From Dicyema japonicum (taxonomy: Eukaryota; Animalia; Dicyemida), in NCBI GenBank assembly GCA_011109175.1, contig RDEW01000005.1, forward strand, positions 1,546,657-1,610,656: 64,000 nucleotides of DNA. The letters are read 5' to 3'. Below are positions 1-13,829 of the stretch, in pieces. The notes beneath the pieces were generated by a model. It searched no databases. It saw nothing but the letters and a program-made list of their open reading frames with translations, and was not told the origin of the DNA. Numbering within the stretch: the first letter of the stretch is position 1; the number at the start of each line of letters is the position of its first letter. The position numbers and the translations under genes were made by a program.

Positions 1-399
1 TAGGTTAGTTCCTTAGACTCACTTTAAGATGAACCGGGGATTCTCATTTCGTGTCCTTCCCTCCTATCCAGCGTCTTTTTATCTATCATTTGTCTGTAGA
101 TCTCTAATTCCTTGATTGTGCTGCATAGGGCGAGAGAATTCTCACTTTTATGCCTCTCATGTTTCACACGACAATCATCTGGTCTTCTCACAACAACCAG
201 GCAGCCGCCATAGCTCGCCCCGTGAATGATGACCCACAGTTGATATACCTCGTTGGTTGTACCGGAAACTCTGGAAGACTATACAATCCTCCTCAGTGAA
301 GGCACTTTCTTGTCTCATCGCAATACCTTGCGAAGTGTCCGAAATGTTGAAAATGCAAAAATTTAGAGAAAAATCACAAAACAAGAAAATATTAGCTAG

Positions 400-1752
400 C
401 TAAATCTTTTTCTTCTTTTGTAGACCAGCACCAGCATTAAACTTAAATAGAATAATGTCTCCATCCTCGACTGAATAGTCTCGCCCTCTTTGGACTGTTT
501 TGCAGTCATTCTCCAAATCAGACACAGAAGCTTTCAAGTCCTCGAATTTTGTCACCTCGGCCATAATAAACCCTTTCTCCATATCTGTATGAATTCTTCC
601 CGCTGCCTGAGGTGACTTGGTCCCAGCCTAAATTCAAAAAGTAAACAAACGTGAATGGTCCAACACTTCACCTCGTCACTTCCCGTAGTGAAGAAGTGAT
701 GTAGCCCCATTGTGAGATATCCCTGCTTTATTATCCGAGACATTGCACTGAATAATGATTTACGAGAACAAACTGACTGAGTTGGGGGGGAGTTCCTTCA
801 TCTTCCGCTTTTTGGAGCATATTCGACTCCATGGTGGCTGAAAATGGAGCAACGTGGCTCCAGGATCTTTCTCGTCGATCTCAGCTTTAAGTTTCTTTAG
901 CCTTAAAATTAGCAAACTTGAGGACCATTTGTTCTTTCCCCTCGAAAAGTCTCCTTCAGACATATTTACTAGGTAAATCACCGGCTTGGCTGTCAGGAAC
1001 TGTTGCTTGTTAATGACCTCGACCTAAAAAATAACCTCAATTGTAGCCTCTTTGTTCAACCATGTCAGAGACCGCAGGTTTTTTCCTTCTTCAAGAAATT
1101 GCTTGATTTTCGTTAAAGTTTCCTAAAATAATGAATAAATAAACAAATTCCATCTTGGCAGTCTGATTATTCCCCCTTATTGCTTTTTCTAGGGCAACTA
1201 TAGACTTTTCCGCCATCTGAATGTCCTTCTGGATCAGCTCATTGGATATGATCTCCAAATCCCTTACGGGGTCAACGTCCCCCTCTGTATGTGAGATTTC
1301 TTCGTCTTCAAAAACCCCCAAAATGAGAAAGAACCAAACTAATGATGTTGAATATGCCATCACACGCTCTAATGTGGGAGAGAAATGCATTTCCCAATCC
1401 TTCCCCCGTATGAGCTCCTCTAACAAGTCCAGCAATGTCAGTTACTTTAAGGTAAGCGGGCACTTTACTGATTGTCAATGGAAAAATAACCTATGAGGAC
1501 GATAGTGCTGACATAACCAGTCAAATCTCTCATCCGGGACGGGAACTCTCCCTTCGGTAGGATCTATCGTGCAAAAGGGTAGTTCTCTGAGGGGACATTA
1601 TTGTGAGTGAGGACGTTGAAGAAAGATGATTTGCTAAGGTAAACCAAAACAGTTTACCCAACGTTAGGGAGACCGACGACACCCATTTTTAGACTATGGC
1701 CAACTCTTCCTAAGAATACGAGCTTTTCTGGTTCCTTCTTTTTTGGTGGCAT
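400..1752 (-). CDS. OLA1: Obg-like ATPase 1 (YchF family), about 8 introns of 22-26 nt
   Basis: Manual splicing gives [119 protein letters not shown]. Two 1-nt homopolymer deletions (about 1574 and 846) must be corrected. Confidence 0.95.
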
Positions 1753-1827
1753 TTCTGAGAATTACAAAAACCACGTTATTTCGTAATTTGAAATAACTTT
1801 TATTAATTTTTTATTTGATATTATAAA

Positions 1828-2275
1828 ATGTAAACTTATTAATTTTTGAATTAATCCAAGGAAGGAACCAAAGGGAGAACATCTTCTTGTGCCGACCAAA
1901 TCCATCTTCCAATACTTCATTACAGGCTTTCCGATTCTATTTTCTTCAGTTCATGTAATTAACTGGTGTTTAGGTAACTGCTAATAATTATTAGAGGCAT
2001 GTCAATTTTTGGACGTTGTCATGGTATTTGATGATTCTTACATTAAGAACAGAAGGTGGTCGAAAGTGATGAAAGCAAGTTGTCCTATCGAAAGTATCAT
2101 CGAGGAGCGTGACGGAAAAGACATTGGGTTTTGGATGCAAGCAAAAAGGAAACTCCGACATAAATGTGGTTTGTAGAATATATAATGTGTAGGGACGATT
2201 GAAAAATATGTTGCTGGTCACTTCCGAATTCATCATCTGGAGAACTCTGTTGGTGACTTGGACATCGTTTTATAG
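1828..2275 (+). CDS. Hypothetical protein of about 125 aa, 3 tiny introns, divergent from OLA1
   Basis: Removing GT-AG introns of 31, 21 and 24 nt gives one open frame, MKEPKGEHLLVPTKSIF...HFRIHHLENSVGDLDIVL*. No homology recognised. Confidence 0.5.
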
Positions 2276-2724
2276 TTTTTTACAAACTCAGGAGGCAATA
2301 TATCACTTTTGATTTCCTTTCACAATAAACCACTTTTCAATAATCAATTACAAGACCCCCTTATATTTTAAAATTAGAAAAAAATAAAGTCATCAATGAC
2401 TAAATATTGTATGCTTGACCACCATATAATAGAGTTTCCCGACCATTAACGTCTAACCAAATGAAAAAAACCATTAAAACTAACAAATGCAGTTTTGCCA
2501 CAATCAAAACAACTATGGTGCATATAAGACTAGACATCATCTTTGGTCCAGTTGTTGATTTTTATGGCAATAGGGACTCTGCGTTTATCCCGAAAAAATA
2601 GAGACTTTTTCCATTCTGGTAAATTGGCAGAGTTCAAGACATCAGCAATGATAGCCAGAGGATACTGGAGAAATGTAAATGATGACTATTGTCATTTTTT
2701 AGAAAAAATTCAATTTAATTAATT

Positions 2725-2850
2725 AGTTGGACGCCTAGCTACACTAAAAAGCCACGATGCACGTGAGACCCGGTGGGTTCTCCAGTTGATCTCTGTTGCA
2801 ATTGTGAGAGGCAGCGCAACGTCGATAATGCCGGCGGGACCACTTTGAAT
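2725..2850 (+). mobile_element. CRE-clade non-LTR retrotransposon, 3' tail fragment
   Basis: Near-identical to 35190-35325; encodes GRLATLKSHDARETRW..QLISVAIVRG. Confidence 0.8.
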
Positions 2851-3724
2851 GGATTCAATCATCTGTGATCACATCAATAAATTTATCGTTGGAATCATTG
2901 ACCTTGAGATATAAAAAAGGAAATAACCACTTTTGAAATAATAGTTTATATCAGAAGGATGATTTTTTATAAAGTGAACAATTTTATCTAGAATGGGTTC
3001 ACATTGATTCAAATCGCTAAAATCTGAATTCATAAAAATAGGCAAAATATCTTTTGATAATTAATATCTGGCAAATACAACTTAGAATATTTTACACGTG
3101 TATAATGGTTAATCCGCGTCTCTTTCAACAAACAACAATTTTACAATATAAAATTTATCAGGCCATATGCCCACATTAAATATTTGGTGTTTGATCGTAC
3201 AGCCATGTTTTCGACAATTTTAATAACGGGAATTAATATATTTTTGCAATCAGGTGGAGGTACATAATATCTCGACAAAATAGTAGATATAATAAATTCC
3301 TATTAGAATCGAGAAACAAATTTATATTTTTTTCATTTTTTATCAAAAATAACGCTATTGATAAAATCTACTAATATCAATTAGTAGAATATGAAATCGG
3401 TTGGTTTGTTATGTTGTATATGTTGCAGTGAATTTGTGTAATCAGTCAATTCACGAAATGACTAAAAATGATTCAGTCATTTCGTTGGTCAATAGTTTGA
3501 TTTTATAATCGAAATGTTATATAGACGATACAAGATTATTGATAATGGTTTGCGGATTACTCTATATTCTTTTATATAATTACAGAGTTGCTTATATTTT
3601 TACTGAAATGTAAAATTTTATCATAATTAAATTTTTAAATTTTCTTTTTTGATTATTTTTTTTAAATAATCATTTTTATTATATATTAAACAAAATAATT
3701 TTTTAACAATTAAACAAATGTCAG

Positions 3725-5300
3725 TTGAGGAAGCCTGCTGCGTGGATTGCGAACGAGTTCCCTCGGAGTATGGCTATTCCAATCTTTTTTTTAGCCATAA
3801 CCCTTCTCGTTGATCCCTTTTCTTTCTGGCAAGCAATCCTCCGAGTTCTCGCAAAAACTCAGCCGTCATTGGACCAACGGCTCCCGATGATTCGGTCGCA
3901 ACAGGAAGAAATCGGTAGCGATTCCCGAGGCAAGAATATTTCTTGATTTCTAGGTTCTCCGCAGTCGAGGCAGCTGCTCCAGGTGTCTGAACCGATTTGA
4001 AAATATTCGTGCTTGAAAACGTGTCTACACAAGTTGCGTCCCAGACCAAAGATCTTCCAGACGTGAAGGGGAAAAGGGTCATTCCGTCAGGTCTCTAACC
4101 ATCTCCTCGATCAAGACCCACTGGTTCAAGCTGTGCTGGGAAGCCTGTAGCCTTCAGAGCTCTGACGATCACATCGTTCAGAGCAGCATGACGTGGTCCC
4201 CCTCCGGCGCTTCTTCTGCAGGACAGGGGGTGCAATCCCTTCGCATCGACTGTTTTCCCGCATCGGCATCAATGCTCCTGGCAAACGTCTAGTCCCAGCC
4301 TTTGTCCGATTCCAACCCTCAAAGAATCGTCATCCAAAAAGGTCCCAAGGTTTGGGCAAGGTATTGCACCAAGCCATGCTCCACTCCCTCTACTTGAAGC
4401 TGACACCAAACAAGCTAGACGATGTTGATTTGCTTCTTTTTTAAAGTCTTCCAAAATTTTGGAGCATACAATGTTATCCCAATTACTTTGCTTTTGTGTT
4501 GTGTCTTCGGGGACAAACTTTGTCAAATGACTCATTTTAACGAAGTCCAATAGTGTTATGAAGGACTTGCCGTGTCAAATGGTTGCAGCTTGAGAGAGAC
4601 GATAGATATGCCGGGTACGCAACCTCCAGCGCCGATCTTAGACCGACACCCCCAAATCCAGAGGGAAGCTTACATTGTTTCCAACCAAGTTCGTCGAAGC
4701 GGACGTTAATTAGTGACTCAACAGTTTGCTTGAGAGATTTGTCTATTGAAAGTAGAGTGTCGTATTGTTCGTAGCAGAGTGAACATCGGAGTAGATATAA
4801 AAGCTTGGGTAGTCCGATGCTGTTTCTCATCAGGACATGACAATCTTTTCGCAAGGCGTGTTAATTCTTCATTTTTGGAAAGTAGATGGTTCTTGAGCCT
4901 CTTCCAACACGTTTTCATAATTTCATCTCTTCTGAGAGAATTGAAACATTCGTTATGTCCAACTTGATTCCAATGCATTCATTTGAAATATTTTTCTGTG
5001 TGAAGAAACGCCTTGCTGCATGAACCGCAGCCTCACATCCTTTCTGGATACTAACACACATTTGTTTAGGAAAAAACTCCTCTCCAAGTTGTCGGCTCAC
5101 CAGGTCGATGCTACCTCTGCTGCAATTCTTCTGAAATAGTTCCCGACCGCAATGAGGCGGATTCCCCCGTTTGGTTTTTTGAAAGCAAGTAGCCTTGCGA
5201 GAAGAGCAATTATCTGGCAAATTTTGGGATGTCGCCGTTAACCATGTTTCTGATTAGGTCCGTAATTGATTTGACAAAACAGCGTCCAGCTTCCTAGGAC
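3725..5300 (-). mobile_element. Degenerate CRE-clade element (RT, CCHC finger, restriction-like endonuclease)
   Basis: GCEAAVHAARRF, SIGLPKLLYLLRCS, GSGAWLGAIP, RPDGMTLFPFTSGRSLVWDATCVDTF, FLPVATESSGAVGP across frameshifted ORFs. Confidence 0.9.
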
Positions 5301-5716
5301 GCAAGGTCCTTAATTAGGAGCCCCAATTAACAATAAAATTTCAAAAATATAGTTTTTACGAAACTAAAAATTTATAAGGCACAAGTATTCTGTTTGAGAC
5401 ACTTCCGAGTTGGATATAAAATTGATATCGAACATGCAAAAAAAGGTTTAATGAATCAAATAAATTGAAGTCTTCATTCCGTTATTTATAAGAATTTGTT
5501 GGAGGATTATGTGAATATAAAGCAGTTTCTAAAAGGGAATAACTCCCCAAGGTTATGTTTCTTAGATGATTCCTGTGGAACGAGTCTAGCCTCTCCATGT
5601 CTCGATCACGAAATTGAACCTTTATCAATTAAACAAAAAATGCGGCTGAGAATGGATGTACTAGACCACTTAGGCTAAACCTAATTCACCAGACCAACTC
5701 CCATAAAATAAATATA

Positions 5717-6661
5717 TCATTTATCAAAGAAAATTAAGCAAATCATTAAAATACCTAAAGCACTCATCATCATCAATCCACGTGCCATCCCTACATTCAT
5801 TAAAACATCAGTCATAGCACGCACAACACCATTCTCATTACTGACCTTACGTCTAGCCCACGTGTATTCATTCACACCCTTATTAATTTGTACACTCTCA
5901 TTAGCATAATCAACCACATCGGGAACGAGAGATAAATCATTAATTTCACGGTTGAATTCTACTATCTCAAACGTCTCCAACTATTTCACATTCGAATTGT
6001 GTTCCATCATTCGCTCCACTTATAATGACTGCATCCTCAATGACCGAATCATCCACGCATGTTGATTGCTCACAATTAAGCTCATCCTCTTCAGACGACT
6101 CTTTCTTGTCAGTCATCAGATGCTCAATGTTCCCACAGAAGGACAGACAAAATCATGTGACGTCAAAGCCAATCTACTGCGCTCACTTAATGAGCAGTTC
6201 AGTGAGCCAATGGAACCATCATTGGGAGTTGGGAATAGAGAAATTATCCCTAGCAAGGCTGTCCCGACTGGAAATATAAAAAAGACCAACTTGTCCAGCA
6301 GGGCTGCCAGTGTTCGGGATGGTAGTCAGAAATGGAGAGGCAAATTTTCTTATTCAACTCGAACCTCCCGTTTGGCTAAAAATTAAAAAAATAGAAGATA
6401 CTGTGAGGAAGTAGAAGGAAGGCGGAGCCATGGGGTAGTTAGACGGAATTATAATTTTCCCGTGATAAATTCCTCCGTTAAACTCACTATCCGGTGGTCC
6501 ACGTATTGTAAAGTGCCATTCGAATAGTGACGTTTCCAGTGGTTGGGCGTAGTATAATTCTGTTGGCTGAGATAACTCCTTAGATTCTGTTAATAGGCGT
6601 TTTACGGCTTTTCTTAAAATAAATTGCTACCAGGATCTCTCAGGTTGTAATTATAAGCCAT
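5717..6661 (-). CDS. UBE2J1: Ubiquitin-conjugating enzyme E2 J1 (Ubc6 type, tail-anchored)
   Basis: Spliced MAYNYNLRDPAVKRLL, FEWHFTIRGPPDSEFNGGIYHGKI, PNGRFELNKKICLSISDYHPEHWQP, plus a C-terminal hydrophobic anchor. Introns of 23, 26 and 23 nt; 1-2 frameshifts in the 3' half. Confidence 0.92.
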
Positions 6662-7207
6662 AAGAAACAAACGTCACAAATTATTTTATTTAATTTTTAA
6701 ATTTTAAAATTAATGAAAACATTCAATATTATATCCGATAATCAATTTGGAGCAATTGGAAATTTTAGTGTTGAAGGAACACGCTTTGATAAATAAACTA
6801 CTACATAAATAATGAATGGAAACATACTTTCAGAGCAGTTGTGGGTACCGCGGACGTCCTCGCTTCTCTCTCCATATTGCAATTCACGAAGATCTTGGGA
6901 CTGCAAAGAAGAAACTCGAAAATGCAGAAGGATAGATGTCGCTTTTTCAAGGGAATATGGTATGGAATCTAACATGGAAGATTGTTCACGGCTTTGCAGA
7001 AGCGATGATGAGATATCTTCCTCTTATTTGTGTTTTGAAATATAACAAATAATGAATGCGGAAACAATCAATTTGCTAAGTTGATGTAAAAAAGTGGGTC
7101 ATGATTTTCTTAGTAATGTTTGGAATGTTTTGGTCTCTCAAATTTGATTAGAAGAATCGCAAAGTATTTAATAACAGATGGAGAGTGACCTCGAAATTCA
7201 AAAAAAA

Positions 7208-7383
7208 TAATAATGTCGCGAGCGCTGAGAGTGATGACAGGTGATTTGACAGGTGTCAACGTCTATCATGTTTATTGAAAATTAGTTAAGTTTCGGAATA
7301 ATTTGTGTATTTTTATATAAAATCATTATTTTTGCTAATAGAAATTAATCTTAGGTAATAATGTCGCGAGCGCTGAGAGTGAT
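7208..7383. repeat. Perfect 28-bp direct repeat TAATAATGTCGCGAGCGCTGAGAGTGAT (7208-7235 and 7356-7383)
   Basis: Read directly from the sequence. Confidence 0.9.
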
Positions 7384-7478
7384 CCATCACTGTCAATCAT
7401 CGTCAAAAATAAAAATAATATATTACATCAAAGATAACTAAAGCCAATTATTAACAATCAACAAGTGATAATTAACTA

Positions 7479-8560
7479 TTATTTCAAGTCGTCGTGAATT
7501 TTTAGTCGTCGTGAATGAACTTTCTTAATGGACCCAGCACTTATCTTCGACTTTGACAAAATTGTTTCCTCGACAATAGTTACTGGATCTCCATAGGGAT
7601 GTTCAAATTTGTTTAATCGAAGAGAAGGATTCGTCCCATAATCTTTTTGAATACGAACCTTTAAGTTACTAAAAATAGAATACAATACCTCCAACATCTA
7701 ACTCATATTTTGATCAATGCACTCCCATCTTCCTATTCATTCTTCTATAATATGCAAATTCACCCTCTCAAATTTAAATTGGAACTCATCATCTTTACTA
7801 ATAAATAACAATAAAAAACCTTTATTATATATGTCTGTAATTTCTACAACTTCCAATTCTTCCATATTAAAACTTTTTGGATTTCCCTGAACATCTGATT
7901 CCACAACTGTGTGGAATCCAGGAATACCGCGATATCTTTGGAATGGATTAACGCCTAGAAAATAAAAATGAAATTTACATGTAGATGAATGAGCTCTCTG
8001 ATTGTACAAAAACACAGCCTTTCGAATGTGTTTTATCCACTCTTTTTTTATCATCACTTGTGATCGTTTGATTAAATCCTTCAACTATCCCTGACTCTGA
8101 GGATTGTAAATTAGAAATGTGAAGAATTTTGAATTTTGTCCCGTTATCAGACTGTAAATATCTGCGCGGGCCATAATCCATGAAAATGTCGTTTAATTTT
8201 TAAGCGACTTCAATGCCACTTTCATTTCTAAGATTCCTTGTGATGGCATATCTCGAATAGACGTCAATGACAGTTAATAACCAAGAAAAATGATTATTAT
8301 CATTTACAAACCTTGGAAATAACATAATTTTATACCTTTTTAGGTCAATCAGATCAATCTGAAATCTCTCATTCGGTACATCCGCAAAAATATGACTTAC
8401 GTCGTCATATTGTTTCAGTGGCACTGCAGACTGACATATTTCGCAGTTTCTCACCGCCTGACGAATGACATCTTTTTTAACAAACAGAATCGTTTTCCAC
8501 ACAATTTGTCCAGTGCATTGTGTCCATAATGGTCTCTTCTGCAATTATCCGCATCTCCCC
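7479..8560 (-). mobile_element. Ginger-like DDE integrase/transposase (HHCC zinc finger plus rve core), defective, with tiny introns
   Basis: HYGH...CEIC, FQIDLIDL, LLTVIDVYSRY, LQSDNGTKF, VEGFNQTI, YNQRAHS. In-frame TAA at 8200-8202 and an internal deletion. Confidence 0.8.
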
Positions 8561-9299
8561 CACAAAATTTGAAAATTATTTCAAATTTTCGTTTAAAAAA
8601 TCCACTGTATTGTGTTCAAAGGAAAATAAAAAAGTTGAAAGTTTAAATGAAAAAAATACAAAAATTTTAGTCACTAATGTGAAAAACTATATGATTATTA
8701 GCTATAATAAATAGTCGATATTTTTTGTTTTAATAATGGGAGAGAAGACGGGTGCAAGGCTTACTAGGGCCGCGAAAGCTCAAAATGGCGGTGATCAGTT
8801 GGAACGCCTTCGCAATCTTGGCATCTACTAAAAATCTTTACTTGTTTTCTTTTTTCAAAAAAATTTTTTTTTTTCAAAAATTAAAAAATTTTAAGTGCTA
8901 TATTTAAAATTTAACTGCTATAAAATTTGCCCTACTGATTATACTCAAATACGTAATAAAATTGTTCGCTGTATGAACCTATTTTGACTTTAAATAGTCA
9001 TAAAAAGGGGCCACTCGATACAGACAATTGTACATCACGATTCGGCAGAAGTCCGAGGGGATACGAGACTAAATATAATTTTAAGACCAAAGTGAGGATA
9101 TTTTCTATCGTTAAACCCGGGGGTGATTTAGTATCCCTATTTTGTAAGAAGTATTTGGAAATGTTGAAAATAGAATATAATGAATTTCTGTGACTTTACT
9201 CCATAAAAGCGTGAGAGTATGTGCTTAGAATACAACCAGTGATTCCAAGAAGTGCTCGGAATCTAAGGGTTAGTCAACTCTGAGTGGTGGAAGGGGATA

Positions 9300-10170
9300 G
9301 ATTTTTTAATGTTGCATGGAGATAAACTGAACCAAAAGGGAAACAAATATTAAAAACTATGTTTTGTTGTTTTGACTCATTTAGCGTGACTTTAATTGCT
9401 TACCAGCTCTGTATATTCGCCTAGTCTTCCTAATAGACGAGTACCACTTTATTGGGAAGCTTGAAAGCCTGTGATTAATTAATTCTTGGAGAATTTAGAT
9501 AAAATTAACTGAATTTAGTTGCAAGTAGAACCTAAGCTGGGGTCAAAGTAATCAACTCAGCTAAATATCCAAAAAAGTCTCCTGCGAAAATGAGAAGCCA
9601 CAATAATTGTACTAAAAGCCAGCCAGATAACATAATTTATTCGCAAAACCCCAACTAACTAAACAAGGTAAGAGCCATTAACTAAAGAGGTAAAGCCAAG
9701 ATTTGGGGTCGTCTATATCGGGGCACTCTCATGAGACACCGTATGTCTCTTCTCCGTAAAAAGCCCCAATTACAATGCGAGTTTCCACAAGCAATGTAAT
9801 AAATCACCGATTCTTCTCGTTTTTCTTTCGTATTCGTCATCAATTTCAGATGCTAAATCCAATCCATTTAGTTTCGTTTATAATTACAACTTCCATCTGG
9901 ATCGTGCTGGCTATAGCAACCAGCACTGAGGCCCGTTTCCGAAGAGAACGGGCATTAATCAGGGTTATCCTGACTACTTCTGGTTTTTTCGGTGGCTGCC
10001 CTCTCTTCTTAAGAGCACCACTCTCTTCTCTGTGTTGAAGCTTCTACTGTTTCTTTTTTAGAAGTTTTCTTATTATATGTCGTATTCCAGCCAGTCTGCC
10101 CATACATTCTAAACTCTGACTTTAATTTCTTATTCGTTCCAATTTTGGAAACTTCACTTTCTCCATTATG
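9300..10170 (-). mobile_element. Decayed LINE apurinic-endonuclease (APE) remnant
   Basis: LINARSLRKR...VVIINET and a GDF motif on the minus strand. Confidence 0.5.
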
Positions 10171-10379
10171 GGCATTTTAACTAATTGTACTAACAAATCG
10201 AATTTAGATTTGGCTTGAATTTTGTTGACTCTGGCAAATAATCGTTAAAATCGTGCTTTAACGTCTCCGCTGATTAAACTGAAATTATGCCAAAATTACA
10301 TTTTCAACATAATCGACACGAATTCCCTAATATAAAAATTTTAATATTGAAAATGAATAAAAATTGAATTAAGGCATCT

Positions 10380-10500
10380 GAATGGCCATGCTATTTCCCC
10401 TAACAATAGCCAACGAGATACGTTCTCGGAACCAACCAGTCTCTCACGGATCCTTGGTCACAGCTTGAATCATGGAGCCGATCTTACGAACCAACTCATT
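10380..10500 (-). mobile_element. CRE 3' tail remnant
   Basis: DPRETGW..ERISLAIVRGNS-like translation with frameshifts. Confidence 0.5.
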
Positions 10501-11279
10501 TTATTCATTCCCTAATATTGACGAAAAATTTACAAGAAATAAAAGTGAACAACTTTTCCAAAATATAATATTTTTAATAATTTCTGTCTTTATCGTAGTC
10601 TCATTCTGTCCTCGTTTACAATTGAAACTTTCAACGTCAGAGGACTAAGCAGGAGACATTATGCGTAGATTTGTAACGACGCAACCTCAATTAATTGTGG
10701 AAAAAGAAAAAAAAGGAGATCAAGTTTTATTTCAGTGTAGCATGACATGTGACATACTGAGATGAAATAAAGGAAAATCTTCCCTTTGAAACAGCGTCAG
10801 TAAATTAATGTGCACGCTGTGTGATTGGCTATTTCTGGTTGCGTCAACTGCGAGCTTAATTTCAGAAGGAAAAAAATACTAGTTTTAAATACCAATCCGA
10901 GAAGACTTTTCCTCTCGGACAGCTCCCCTTTTTTGTATCAATATATTATTAACATAGTGCTTACTGCTGTTCTCTGGTCGCGATTATCTGTCGGTTAGAT
11001 TCCTTGCCCTTTACTCATTTGTTCCAAGCTTGGATAAAATTATATAATTTTAATGTAAAAATACTAACAGATGGTTTTTTGGATGACATTATTGCCTGCA
11101 GGCCATAATGGAGACCTTGTCCTAACATCTACTTTATCTTTAATAATTAAAATTTAGAAGAAAAAAATGATTTAAATAGCTGTTCTCATGATTGAAAGTG
11201 CATACTCCTGGTTGAGGTGGTGACGACGTTTCTATTGCACTATGTCTTATTCGTATTCCTTACCGACTTCTCCGTTCAC

Positions 11280-11640
11280 TCTGGGATCTTTTAATTGCAG
11301 AGGACTTAAACAACCTTACAAGAAACACTAACGATTTAACAAAATATGACGTCTCTATCTGCTGTCTACAAGAGACAAAAATGACCGTATAATTTACAGA
11401 ACTGTTTAGAAAATTCCACCTTTTTATCCTCTCATCGGCCTTCCGACATTATGGTCTCGGATTTGCAGTCCATCAGGACCTGATTCACAGTATTACAAGA
11501 GTTTAGGCAACATCTAACATTATAATGGAAATGGCGGACGACCTAGACTACCTAAGAGAACTAGCGAGCAACAGAGGATCATGGTCGAGGCTGACGGAGA
11601 GGATGATTAGGAATACGGCACAAGGGAAACTTAACTAATT
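11280..11640 (+). mobile_element. RTE-type LINE APE N-terminal fragment (a second short FNVRGL fragment lies at about 10620-10700)
   Basis: LGSFNCRGLK, ICCLQETK, HYGLGFAV. Confidence 0.65.
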
Positions 11641-12740
11641 TTATGTTTTTTCGGGAGTGCTTTTTAATAATAATACCCTTTTACTATTTGCAAGGAAATA
11701 CGTTCAATGAGCCAGCTCTTCTCTCATCCCTTTTTTCCTCGCAATAGGCCGATAGAGATTGGAAGAAAGTCAGAGAACATGACCTGATCACTCCAGATGT
11801 ATCGACTATTTATGTTATCTATACTGAAGACGCCACTAGAAAGAAGAGAAATCATTCAACGACAAATGATAATTTTAGTAGCTTTCCTTTGCAAGCTCGA
11901 GAGGGGACTTTTTCTATCTACAGTAGGTCGGATGGAGGACCATAGACGAGAGTATAATACTGATAGCGAAGATTGGGATCATCTCATTGATTAATTTTTT
12001 TCTTTGTCTTTCTTGGCAACCTCTGGGTTCCTTAAATATTTTTTTAGCAAAAACATGTATTAATAAACTCACTCTAATTCAGCTTGTACATTCTATCACT
12101 TAACTAAGACTGTTTCAATTTACTGGGTGTATTGAGGTATTACTGTTTAATTATAGATTTTTTTAATTTGGAAAGCAGCATTTTTACAAATTTTAGCTTC
12201 CGTATTGACGGGCTGACCACATTAGCCTCTGTATTATTTATTTACTTAATATCCCAAGACCATGGTAAAACCAAACTAATTATCACGTGAACCCGATGCG
12301 TTCCAACAGTGACCTCATCTTTGCCCAGTGTTTATCCCTCGTACCCGAGTTGAATTTACGAAGCCGCGTTCCCGCATTCTTGAATCTAATCTCATAAGGG
12401 CCTCCAGAGGCGTCGGTCCGGTTCAGTGATCTCACAAATCCACTCTGAAAGCCTTGTTCACAAATTTACTCTGAAAGCCGACGCTCCGTTACTCTGAAAG
12501 CCCTGTTTTGCATTTCCCCGATCTTCCTCATATTTGTCAAGATATTGAGGGTCCCCACGAGGCTCATGCATATGAGAAACATGGCACGTGAGAGAGTTAA
12601 TGAATTTGAGTAGTAATTGGTGGATCATGCAATATGAGATTAAACAGTGACAGGACAAGAATTTTATTTATTTTAAACAAGAAGGGTCCCTTTATATTAA
12701 ATAAAATAAAATATATATAAAAATAAATTTAAATTAAATT

Positions 12741-13790
<1,050 letters not shown>

Positions 13791-13829
13791 TTTTTATTAT
13801 AAATTTGTGACAAATATTTTTTTGTCTTT

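Noticed and set aside
175-384. Possible further minus-strand gene just downstream of OLA1
   Set aside because: Intron-like segments exist, but no consistent frame or homology could be established.
12442-12502. Three ACTCTGAAAGCC copies with 23-26 bp spacing (CRISPR-like look)
   Set aside because: Eukaryotic context, 12-bp unit, partly duplicated spacers and no cas genes; a local imperfect tandem repeat.
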